Shown here: positions 1 through 10,269 of the stretch, one piece after another
Numbering within the stretch: position 1 is the stretch's first letter
How the letters are laid out: each line of letters starts with the position of its first letter
Source of the DNA: TPA_inf: Saccharomyces
Taxonomy: Eukaryota
Reading direction: 5' to 3'
Length of the DNA: 64,000 nt
Assembly (NCBI GenBank): GCA_000146045.2
Contig: BK006945.2
Coordinates: forward strand, 64,001-128,000
Position numbers and translations under genes: made by a program
The notes under the pieces: generated by a model
What the model was told of the DNA's origin: nothing
What the model saw: only the letters and a program-made list of their open reading frames with translations
Database searches by the model: none

Positions 1-61
1 AAAAGAAAAAAGGAGAGTAAACATATATATATTGACATAATGAAAATATTGCGAGGACTGA

Positions 62-1210
<1,149 letters not shown>

Positions 1211-1574
1211 CTATTAGTTAAAGTAAAGTGGGAGGGAGAGTTCGAGAGTTCTTGTCGTATTGTAGTAGATAGAAGATATACTTATCCTTATCCGTACAGT
1301 TCTTGCTCTTTCTGAAGTAGCACTTTCGGAAGAAGAAAGATAAGCAGGCGAATTCAAAGGTGGCAAAACCCGGAGCCTCTCTATATATACCCCCAAAAGG
1401 AGGAACCGCCCTCAAATGACACTGAATTCTAAAAACAACTGATAAGTGGCATCGCCCCTGAAAAAAGAAACGAAGTGGGGTAACCACCGTGTGTGGCCGG
1501 ATGTACGGCTGTGTGATGCTCCACTGGGCGGCTATTTTTTTTTTTGGTACCGAAATTGGTTTATCCAGGATTAT

Positions 1575-1592
1575 TCTAGAACGTTCTAGAAA
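1575..1592. promoter_or_regulatory. Heat-shock element TTCtaGAAcgTTCtaGAA in the UBI4 promoter, about 370 bp upstream of the ATG
   Basis: Four contiguous perfect inverted nGAAn units are visible directly in the sequence. UBI4 is a known Hsf1 target. A CCCCT (STRE-like) lies at about 1455-1459 and a TATATATA box at about 1381-1390. Confidence 0.7.
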
Positions 1593-1774
1593 CAATACTG
1601 ACCACAAAGACTTTTCGGAATAGAATATTGTCAAACAAGAACTTTTTCACTTTCTTTTCATAAAACGTCACTTTCATCACTTTTGCAGGATTTCCCACAG
1701 TTCGTTTAAAGGGACATTTCCTATCATGGGTTGCCCTGCGCGAATAAGATGATTGGTCAAGGAAGACTCTAAAA

Positions 1775-2518
1775 TCATCTGAACGGGTTATTTGAAGACT
1801 TGGGTCTAAATGAGAGCTTGCTTATTCCACCCGCCACGCCGGGCGTATCTTCACTGTCTTCTTCGGCCAGGGGATCCAAAGAGAATCGGGCATATTCGTG
1901 CGTATTCCTTGTCCGTTGTCTCTGGAAATCTAAGCTAGTGCTGGTGGTGGGAGGCTTTGCTTTCTTTTCTAAGCTTTGTCGCGTGAGCTCGCTTCTCATT
2001 TCCTCCAGCTTCAAATGGCTATTGTCCGTGGACTTCCTGCCCGGAGTCGATATGCTTGAGCGGAATTGTATTACATCCTTGCGTTGTTTTTCTAGTAACC
2101 CGTCGTCTTGCAGCAGCCCCAGAACGTTCCTGCTTAGCTTTTGAATATCTTCCGCCTTACGTTCATCCCGAGGATCCTGAACCTGAAAATCCTCCAGGAT
2201 CTCAATTAGTATCATGTTTCCTTTCAGCCACTTGATGAATTCATTGGACCCGTTATTCATCAGATATGAGACCAAAGTCAGCGTCTTCATCACCTGGATA
2301 CAATTTCGATGAGAATTTCTTCTGTTCTGCCCAAGTAGCAATCGCTTCCGGATTACCTGGATGATTTCTCGTACTGTCTTGGGGCTGTAGGTCAAGATTG
2401 ATATTTCGTTCATAAGCGTCCCCGTTGCTCCACTTGTTTCGTCCTCGTTGGTAGCCTGTTTCACCTTTGATTCCGTCGGTGATTGAATAAAACTCTTGAA
2501 GGTATCTAACAAAGGCAT
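1775..2518 (-). CDS. ENT4: Epsin N-terminal homology (ENTH) domain protein, 247 aa from the first ATG
   Basis: The tracked ORF 1775..2557 is 260 aa, but its first codon is GTG. The first ATG gives [10 protein letters not shown]... and 247 aa, the known ENT4 length. The position follows UBI4 as on chrXII. Confidence 0.85.
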
Positions 2519-2744
2519 CACGACCCCCTCACTATATGTGTACTCGTTCTTTGACACCTTTATGCTTTCTAGGCTTATTCAACACATAACCTCAATTTTC
2601 GTTTTCTCATTCTTTTTTCTTTTTTTTTTTTTCTCACTAAAGCGTTGTCCTAGAGATGTAAAAAGAGAAGGAAATGAAATTTTTACTGGAAATGTTACTA
2701 CTATTACACAGGTTTATTTAGAAAGTACAAACGTGTCAGCGTAT

Positions 2745-4256
2745 TTAGGGTGTCAATGCAACAATATTGAAACTATCATTTGTCTTCAGAATAGCGGCAA
2801 TACCACCATCTCCGCATACCACGTCCATATCAGTGAAATCGGCAGTGTCGCTTTGCAAACAGAGGGCGCTCTCCTCGTCTTTAGTCCAATTTTTTGTTTT
2901 CTTGTCAAATTTGTATATCGTCAGCGAATTGCTCTCGTTTGAGTATGCAATCATATTCTTTCCAGAGTCGTCAATGTCATAGGTAACGGTGCCCGTCTTG
3001 AATTCTGGGATTGTGTAAGTTGGATACGCTAGCGTGCCGACATCCTTTCTTAGGTCAAAGCAAACCACAGTTTGGTCACACTCTACTACCATCCAGTACC
3101 CATTGTCTGCAAATTTAACCTCTTTTATCTTGGCTTCTTCATCTACGGGGAATCTAGAGCTTGCCTGGTCAGGTGATGACAAGTTGTAAACGTCTAATAT
3201 ACCGTCCGGAGAGTAAAGGGCTAATAATAATGAATCCTTATGTAGGACACCGCTGCTGTACTCAACATCTGATTTAGCAGAATGAACAATATACTGGGAA
3301 TCATCCTCGTAGGATTGAAATCCTATGGTTCCTCTATTATCCGCCCAGATGAAGTACTCTGTGTTGACCTCGTTGTGACCATACATATATATAATCTCAT
3401 TGGCGGAATCTACCTCTATTTCTCTGAGGACTTTGTTTGTTTTTGAGTCCAATATAGTTATTTGGTTACCTGGATATAGTAGTAGCAAACGATTACAAGG
3501 CCCTCTGGAAATAATAGCTGGATGCTCTCCCCCGGTACGGGGATTTGGTGTAGTTATTGTGGTAATCGTTTTCGAATCTTTTAATTGGGTAAAATGTAAA
3601 GCACCATCCTCACAGCGACACATGCACACCCATTTATCATAGTACATAGATTTGTTAAGCTCTTTATATGGGAATGTTTTGATGTTACGGGAGTAATTTT
3701 GTGCCTGTAATAGCTCCAAATTTTTTAAAATCGGCCATTTGGGTGCTTTGAGCTTGCCCCTCGCTACAAAGTCTCTAGAAGATTGTAACAGCCCTTGTAA
3801 AAATTCTTCTCTCGTAATAGCTACCGCTTGCTGTGAGGATTTGGGTAAATCCTTCGAATCTTCGTTTTTTTCCATCAATAGTTGCGCAGCGACCAACTTT
3901 GCAGCATCTCTTTCGTACATTACAGTCGACAGTTTTTTCGTTAAACTATCTAGAGTTGATCGTAACTTAAAGTTTTCGAGCATTATAGCATCCCATTCAT
4001 TCTGTAAACTTGTCAACAGATTCGGAATCGAATAATTCGCTTTTAACGTAGCAGAGTTTGTAGACTCTGTTAGTGAGGCTTGTTGCGCACTAGGTACGAT
4101 TTCCACTATTTCTTCGATGCTTAAGGGCTCATTTGTTATCGGATCATTCCCCGTATCTTTAACATACTGTTCAAGGAGCGACTTTTCAAAAATAGTCCTG
4201 GATTTAGGTGATAGAACTGGCCTTCTAGGAACTTTCCCACTAATAGCACAAAGCAT
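2745..4256 (-). CDS. PRP19: NineTeen-complex splicing factor and U-box E3 ligase with WD40 repeats, 503 aa
   Basis: The tracked ORF is 503 aa and starts MLCAISGKVPRRPVLSPKS (U-box). The C-terminal part has WD-repeat character. Length and sequence match PRP19. Confidence 0.93.
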   Translation of the reverse strand: MLCAISGKVPRRPVLSPKSRTIFEKSLLEQYVKDTGNDPITNEPLSIEEIVEIVPSAQQASLTESTNSATLKANYSIPNLLTSLQNEWDAIMLENFKLRSTLDSLTKKLSTVMYERDAAKLVAAQLLMEKNEDSKDLPKSSQQAVAITREEFLQGLLQSSRDFVARGKLKAPKWPILKNLELLQAQNYSRNIKTFPYKELNKSMYYDKWVCMCRCEDGALHFTQLKDSKTITTITTPNPRTGGEHPAIISRGPCNRLLLLYPGNQITILDSKTNKVLREIEVDSANEIIYMYGHNEVNTEYFIWADNRGTIGFQSYEDDSQYIVHSAKSDVEYSSGVLHKDSLLLALYSPDGILDVYNLSSPDQASSRFPVDEEAKIKEVKFADNGYWMVVECDQTVVCFDLRKDVGTLAYPTYTIPEFKTGTVTYDIDDSGKNMIAYSNESNSLTIYKFDKKTKNWTKDEESALCLQSDTADFTDMDVVCGDGGIAAILKTNDSFNIVALTP

Positions 4257-4579
4257 TGTTCCCTAGTTGGCTTTCTTGGCTATGTTTTGGTCTTTAATAT
4301 TTCTTGGAAAGTTTGCATCTTTCTAAAATTGCCCTTACGAATTTTTCACCGCTGCTACCCGAAAAAGTACGAAATTTATCAACATGAAATTTATTCCTGC
4401 CAAGTCATCGAGTGCTCTGCGCCTAAGGCTTAGGTTGCATTTAAGTTGTCTTAATTCACGCTTATAGTGCAGGTAGTATAGGTTCCCCACTCCTGATCTT
4501 TCCCTTCTGAAATAAGGAAAGACTGCAGTTTAGTTTGGCAGAGAGAAGAAGATAATCATTTCTATTATATTCTACCGCT

Positions 4580-6478
4580 ATGGTGATAGATTCCAAACAG
4601 GATCTACCTCAATATACCAAAGATTCAGGTTCAGAATCGGACTCAGACTCAAGTAATAATTTCATTGTGGAATCTCCGTCAATTCCATCTTCAAAAAGTG
4701 CAACCGTAGTTCTCAATAGTGAAGAGTATGAGGACGACGAAGGTGATGACTTGAACGGGCTGGATGCTGAATTGATCGATAATATAACGTATGAAGGAGA
4801 TGAAGATGAAACTATGTTTGTGGGGTTGAAAGAAAAACAGAAGTTACATTTATCTGGTGTTTTCCGGCTGCAAGTGGTGAAAGGAGGTATTGTCTACAAC
4901 AATGTACACTATAACGCTTCGAGAGAAATTTTAACCTTCTGGCACCCGTTATCACAGTCCATACCTACTATAGATTTTTCGCACTTTGCAGGCTGGCAAG
5001 ACACTTTTTTTATGCCGAGAAACAACAGGTTTAAAATTAGAGATGAAGAATTCAAATCATTTCCATGTGTTCTTCGCGTTTTTAATTCTAATCATACGGG
5101 CTTGTTAGAAGCAGGTCATTTATATCGGGATGTTAATTATCTATGGAAACCTAAAGAACCTTACTTTCCATTAAACGAGAGAACAACGTATCATTTATTA
5201 CATGAGTCAGACCGAATTCAATCTTTATCCGTGCCGGGATATTGGTCAACTCCGTTAGAGAAGTTATATTTGAGTCACAAGAACGCTGCGTATGATACAA
5301 GAATCATGGTGATTGGTGGTAAAAACTCTGGGAAGTCTACATTCTTGAGGCTTTTATTGGAAAAATTTACGCAAGATATACGAGATTCTACTACGAGCCA
5401 GGAAGAATTGGTATACCTGGATTTAGATCCTGGTCAACCTGAATACTCACTACCTGATTCAATATCCCTGAATAAGATTCTTTCCAGCCCTATTTCTCTC
5501 GGACAACATCTCTGCCAAGGTTCAAATTTCCAAACTTTGTTACAGTTCTACGCTGGCTCCTCTTCCCCGCAGGACGAGCCCACATCATACCTGAACTGCG
5601 CTGATAAACTTATAGACCATTTGGAAGAGCAAGCCTTCTTCGGAACGTCATTGCTTAATCTACCTGGGTGGATAAAAGGATTCGGGATGCAGATTTTAAA
5701 TCATATAATAAGGAAATATAAGCCCACTCACTTATTGTTTTTGGAAACAGCTAATTCGAAAAGACACCTGGATGAACTAACAATTCCACAGAGTTTTTCC
5801 ACATCACTACGAGATGCATATGCACCTGAAGTTGTTCGCGTTCCAGCCCATAGTCTGAACCACACCTTATCTTCTAGGTTCCATGCATCACAACTGAGAA
5901 CATTCAAAATACTGGCACTGTTTCATAAAATAACTCAATTTGATTATGATTTTGCGCCTCTTTTAAAATCTGCACCTTTGCAAATTTCATATGGCAAAGG
6001 TAAAAGCGGTATTAAAGGCATTCAATTTCCTATGGAATTCCAGGATCTGAATCCTCAAGATATCAAGTCCGCATTGGAAGGTACTGTCATTGGGATATAT
6101 ACATATTCTGGAGAAGACTCACTAGAGGTGAAATCCTTGAATACCTTTCCCATCCTACAATCGTGTACTTCTTCTTCTAAAAATTTCATAACTCTGGGGC
6201 TGATACACTCTATTGACACCTCCCAGCAAATAATGAACATTTACGTGCCACCTTGCCATACCCAGATTTTAGATAAACAACCTGAGGATGCTCAATGGAT
6301 AATAGTAAGAAATAAGACGGAAACTCCTTTTTGTGACTTTCTTCCATCCCCCCGCACAATTACATGGGATGATAATATACAAATACCGTTCGCAACTTTT
6401 GAAAGAAGGAAAAAATTGGAACATGTGTGGAAAGTTCGTAAGAACGTCATGAGACGTGGCCAATTCATGAAAAGATAG
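4580..6478 (+). CDS. GRC3: Polynucleotide 5'-kinase (Clp1/Grc3 family) for rRNA processing, 632 aa
   Basis: The ORF is 632 aa and contains a Walker A motif (GGKNSGKST). Its position, divergent from PRP19, and its length match GRC3. Confidence 0.9.
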   Translation: MVIDSKQDLPQYTKDSGSESDSDSSNNFIVESPSIPSSKSATVVLNSEEYEDDEGDDLNGLDAELIDNITYEGDEDETMFVGLKEKQKLHLSGVFRLQVVKGGIVYNNVHYNASREILTFWHPLSQSIPTIDFSHFAGWQDTFFMPRNNRFKIRDEEFKSFPCVLRVFNSNHTGLLEAGHLYRDVNYLWKPKEPYFPLNERTTYHLLHESDRIQSLSVPGYWSTPLEKLYLSHKNAAYDTRIMVIGGKNSGKSTFLRLLLEKFTQDIRDSTTSQEELVYLDLDPGQPEYSLPDSISLNKILSSPISLGQHLCQGSNFQTLLQFYAGSSSPQDEPTSYLNCADKLIDHLEEQAFFGTSLLNLPGWIKGFGMQILNHIIRKYKPTHLLFLETANSKRHLDELTIPQSFSTSLRDAYAPEVVRVPAHSLNHTLSSRFHASQLRTFKILALFHKITQFDYDFAPLLKSAPLQISYGKGKSGIKGIQFPMEFQDLNPQDIKSALEGTVIGIYTYSGEDSLEVKSLNTFPILQSCTSSSKNFITLGLIHSIDTSQQIMNIYVPPCHTQILDKQPEDAQWIIVRNKTETPFCDFLPSPRTITWDDNIQIPFATFERRKKLEHVWKVRKNVMRRGQFMKR

Positions 6479-6632
6479 AAAGAAAAGGTAATCGTACATT
6501 TTTTAATAGTGAAAGATAGAGGATACACAAAAATCATGCAAAGTTTTATATATTTGTTATGTATACTCATATTCCTTCAATATCTAAGTCATACTAACTT
6601 CTAGGGACTTTACCAAAATATTATTTATAAAT

Positions 6633-9146
6633 TTATTGTTTCATTTCTTCCGCATCCTTCATCTCCTCCGTTAAACCCATTTTCTTATTTAATCTATCAT
6701 ATTTCAGTCTATCTTTATCGCTCACAGAGGGTTTAATCTTTCTTAATGCACTTCGGAAGTCAGACATGGTCACAATAATTTCTTCGCCAGATACGCCAAC
6801 CGATAGATCCTCAAATTCCTTGTCTAAGTCATTATCAAGAACAGATTGTATTTCTTCGCTCTGAAAAAACTTCCTTTTTAGAGCCAAGACTGAACTCTCC
6901 CTGACTAAAGCAGCCAAGTCAGCGCCTGAAAAATTGTTGCACTTCTCATTTCTGATAATTTCTTCAAAATCAACATCGCTACTCAGAGGTGTTCCGTGTG
7001 ATTTGGTCAAAGTTTTGATAATATCTAGTTTTTCCTCAGTATTAGGTAACTCAATAAACAAACTCTTATCCAATCTGCCCGGTCTTAACATAGCAGGATC
7101 AATCATATCAGGTCTATTAGTGGCGCCAATCACAAAAATTCCCCTTCTATCGTTCAGCCCATCTAATTCCGTTAACAAAGTGTTGACGACTCTTGAGGAG
7201 GATTCGGACAAAGAAGTATCTCTTCTTGGCACCAAAGCGTCCAGTTCATCAAAAAATATAACACACGGTACAGACGCCCTTGCTCTAGTAAAAACTTGTC
7301 TGATGGACCTTTCTGATTCACCAACGTATTTATTTAATAATTCAGGACCTTTGATTGATATGAAATTTGCACGAGATTCATTGGCAACAGCTTTTGCTAG
7401 TAACGTTTTACCACAACCTGGTGGTCCCCACAATAAAACACCACCAGGGGCGCTAATTCCCACTTTTTCATAAAGCTCTGGTCTCTTGATGGGTTGCACA
7501 ATAGCCATATTTAATTCAAGTCTAACTCTTTGCAATGCGCCTACATTAGCCCAAGTAACATCAGGTACCGTAGCGAACCCTTCTCTCTTTGCTGTTGGTT
7601 GAATTGTTGGCAACGCTTTCAAAAAATCTTCGTACTTAATCGATAATAATGATAACTGCTCTCCTGATAAAGGCTCAGGATAATTACGAATAAATTGTTG
7701 GACTACGGATAAAGGCAACGGATCGATCATATTCGCAGTGTTCTTCAGGCTAGATTCATCTCCGTTTGCTGTTTCATCAATTTCCATGTTATCTTCTGAA
7801 CTGTCCGTTGCCGTAGTTGGTGTGGATTTTATATTAGCATAGGTTTGGAAAATTCTTTTAATAGCGCATGTACCGGCAGCAGTAACTAAAGCCTTTAAAT
7901 CAGCGCCAACAAAGCCTGGGGTTAATTTTGCCAATTTGGCAAAATCGATAGCACCATCAATTTTTAGGTTATCAGACATTTTCTTTAAAATATGTAACCT
8001 TGAGACTTCATTCGGGACATTCAGGCATATTTCTCTATCGAATCTACCTGCTCTTCTCAATGCTGCATCCAAAGAGTCAGGTCTATTCGTGGCACCTATG
8101 ATAATAACAGGTTTTCCATTTGTCTTTTCCATCGTTAATTCATCCATTGAGGTCAATAATTGGGCAACTATTCTTCTCTCCATTTCTCTTTGGGCTCCTC
8201 CATCACGTTTTGGTGTAATGGCATCTATTTCATCAAAGAAAACAAGACATGGTGCCAAGCTTCTCGCTTCATCAAACAAATCCCTAATCTTTTTCTCGCT
8301 TTCCCCAGACATACCACTTACGACTGAAGGTGCAGAAATAGATATAAATGGGACTTGTAATTCTCCAGCTAACGCATTAGCAATCGACGTCTTACCGCAA
8401 CCCGGTGGGCCATGCAACAGAACACCTCTAGGTGGTTCGACACCCGTGGATAAAAATATCTCTGGATGAAGAATGGGTAGACCTATTAGTTCCATAAGTT
8501 GTGCAACGACATCATCCATACCACCTAAGGATTTCAGAGACGAATTAGGTGGAGATCTATCTTCCTTGATTTTTTGACGTTTTACCTTACATGTACCTTC
8601 TTTGGATCTTTTTTTAGATTTTTTAACCTCTTCTGTCTTAGGATCATCAGTTTCTGTTATAGACTCGGAAACAGATCCAGATTTGGACCACGTGCTAGTT
8701 ATGCGTTTGTTCATCTCATTTGTGTCTCGCTCAATCATCATATTTTTCTTAGCTAGTTCTTCTTCCAAGCTTGGTTTCTCTTCCTCTTCGTTGTTGTAAC
8801 CTGGGTAAGAACCAAATTCTTCCAATTCTGATTCAATCACGTCTTTTAGCATGCGGTCAATTGTCTTTTGTAAGACAACTTTCTTAACTCTTTGAAGTGA
8901 TAAATCTTTAGTCAAACAAAAGGTAAAAATCTCACCTGCTGTTAAATCTTTAGCGAAAAACATGGATTCAAATATATCCTCATCTTCTTCACCCTCGTTG
9001 TTCTCGCCCTCTTCTCCTTGGGATTCTTGTCTCAGAGACCTTTTTCTGTCCAAAGTTTTTTCTTCCAAGAGACGATAGATAAGATCGACGATCTTGTTAT
9101 CTAGAGAACTTGTTAATGAGTTCTTTTTCGACTTTACTTTAACCAT
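6633..9146 (-). CDS. RIX7: Nuclear AAA-ATPase with two AAA domains for pre-60S ribosome biogenesis, 837 aa
   Basis: The ORF is 837 aa. It has two Walker A motifs (GPPGCGKT twice) and an acidic, NLS-rich N-terminus. Length and order match RIX7. Confidence 0.93.
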   Translation of the reverse strand: MVKVKSKKNSLTSSLDNKIVDLIYRLLEEKTLDRKRSLRQESQGEEGENNEGEEDEDIFESMFFAKDLTAGEIFTFCLTKDLSLQRVKKVVLQKTIDRMLKDVIESELEEFGSYPGYNNEEEEKPSLEEELAKKNMMIERDTNEMNKRITSTWSKSGSVSESITETDDPKTEEVKKSKKRSKEGTCKVKRQKIKEDRSPPNSSLKSLGGMDDVVAQLMELIGLPILHPEIFLSTGVEPPRGVLLHGPPGCGKTSIANALAGELQVPFISISAPSVVSGMSGESEKKIRDLFDEARSLAPCLVFFDEIDAITPKRDGGAQREMERRIVAQLLTSMDELTMEKTNGKPVIIIGATNRPDSLDAALRRAGRFDREICLNVPNEVSRLHILKKMSDNLKIDGAIDFAKLAKLTPGFVGADLKALVTAAGTCAIKRIFQTYANIKSTPTTATDSSEDNMEIDETANGDESSLKNTANMIDPLPLSVVQQFIRNYPEPLSGEQLSLLSIKYEDFLKALPTIQPTAKREGFATVPDVTWANVGALQRVRLELNMAIVQPIKRPELYEKVGISAPGGVLLWGPPGCGKTLLAKAVANESRANFISIKGPELLNKYVGESERSIRQVFTRARASVPCVIFFDELDALVPRRDTSLSESSSRVVNTLLTELDGLNDRRGIFVIGATNRPDMIDPAMLRPGRLDKSLFIELPNTEEKLDIIKTLTKSHGTPLSSDVDFEEIIRNEKCNNFSGADLAALVRESSVLALKRKFFQSEEIQSVLDNDLDKEFEDLSVGVSGEEIIVTMSDFRSALRKIKPSVSDKDRLKYDRLNKKMGLTEEMKDAEEMKQ

Positions 9147-9260
9147 TATTCCAGCCTTCCCACCACGTAGCTATTATCGGCCCTAATGATCTTTTATTCT
9201 AACTGACTCGCAGATTAATTCACACATCGGTTGTTAATCATTGTTTGAATTTCCAAAATA

Positions 9261-9286
9261 TGCGATGAGCTGAATGAAAAATTTTG
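9261..9286. promoter_or_regulatory. PAC (GCGATGAGCT) and RRPE (TGAAAAATTTT) ribosome-biogenesis promoter motif pair, about 120-140 bp upstream of the RIX7 ATG
   Basis: Both motifs appear exactly in the sequence, 5 bp apart. This is the canonical arrangement in ribosome-biogenesis regulon promoters, and RIX7 is a ribosome-biogenesis gene. Confidence 0.6.
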
Positions 9287-9408
9287 GAACCTGTCACTAT
9301 CGACGAACATCGAAGTTTGCCATGACAACCATATATGAAGAAAGCTTATGAGACTAGCTCGAGTATATCATACGTATGCATGTTAATCGCAGTTAAGCGG
9401 ATAACACA

Positions 9409-10101
9409 ATGCGTAAGCCTTCTATTACGATAACAACAGCAAAAGCTATTATAACTCCAGACTATACTCTTATTAAATCGCATTCTAAATACCAACTTCC
9501 TTCACGTTTTCAAAAGCTAGATGCAGACTCACCTGAGAGAAGTACAGTTGTTAAGCTATTTTACCGCCGATTTATGAGGCTTAAGCCTTTCATATCGAAT
9601 GTGAAAATGGTTAAAGATACTTACAGGGATTATGTTCGATATAAGTTTATGAAAGAAAACTACGAACTCAAACGATACTTGGTATTCAATCCTGATGGCT
9701 TGAGGTCGAAAATCAATCTTGAGCTTCTCAGCAACACGAAATGTTGTGAAAGGATACTCCCCGTGACTGAGATGCAAAGAACCTTGGAATTTGTTCTGAA
9801 GAGCTGTTCATACTTGCCCGAAACAAAAGTTCAAAAGTGGGATATTGCAAGGGACAACACATATTGCAGGCAAATTTTAAAGAACCTTTTAACAATGCAA
9901 TATGAAAAGTACAGATCGATTTTGCATAGAGGAATAGGCCATGATGAGCTTGACGTCAAATTCTCTCATTTGAAAACTACTTCTAGTCCGCTAACTAAGC
10001 TAAATAAAACCGAAAAGAAAAAGATTCCGCTTTTCAAAGTATTTAGTGATTTCGATACAACATTGATATATCTCAATGAGACATTAGGTACAAGGTTATA
10101 A
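9409..10101 (+). CDS. IRC19: Small protein of poorly defined function (increased recombination centres), 230 aa
   Basis: The ORF is 230 aa. Its position between RIX7 and YLL032C matches YLL033W/IRC19. Confidence 0.75.
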   Translation: MRKPSITITTAKAIITPDYTLIKSHSKYQLPSRFQKLDADSPERSTVVKLFYRRFMRLKPFISNVKMVKDTYRDYVRYKFMKENYELKRYLVFNPDGLRSKINLELLSNTKCCERILPVTEMQRTLEFVLKSCSYLPETKVQKWDIARDNTYCRQILKNLLTMQYEKYRSILHRGIGHDELDVKFSHLKTTSSPLTKLNKTEKKKIPLFKVFSDFDTTLIYLNETLGTRL

Positions 10102-10269
10102 AGATCATTATCGTAAAAGAGGAGCGGAGCGGAGCTTTTTAGTATGTATGGTAAAATATCAATCAAATACTGTAATAGATGCGGATATGCGCAATGACAT
10201 ATTTTGTGGTGTGCATATCCATTGAAAAGGTGCGTAGAACGTTACAATACTACTGAACTTTTTTCCTTC

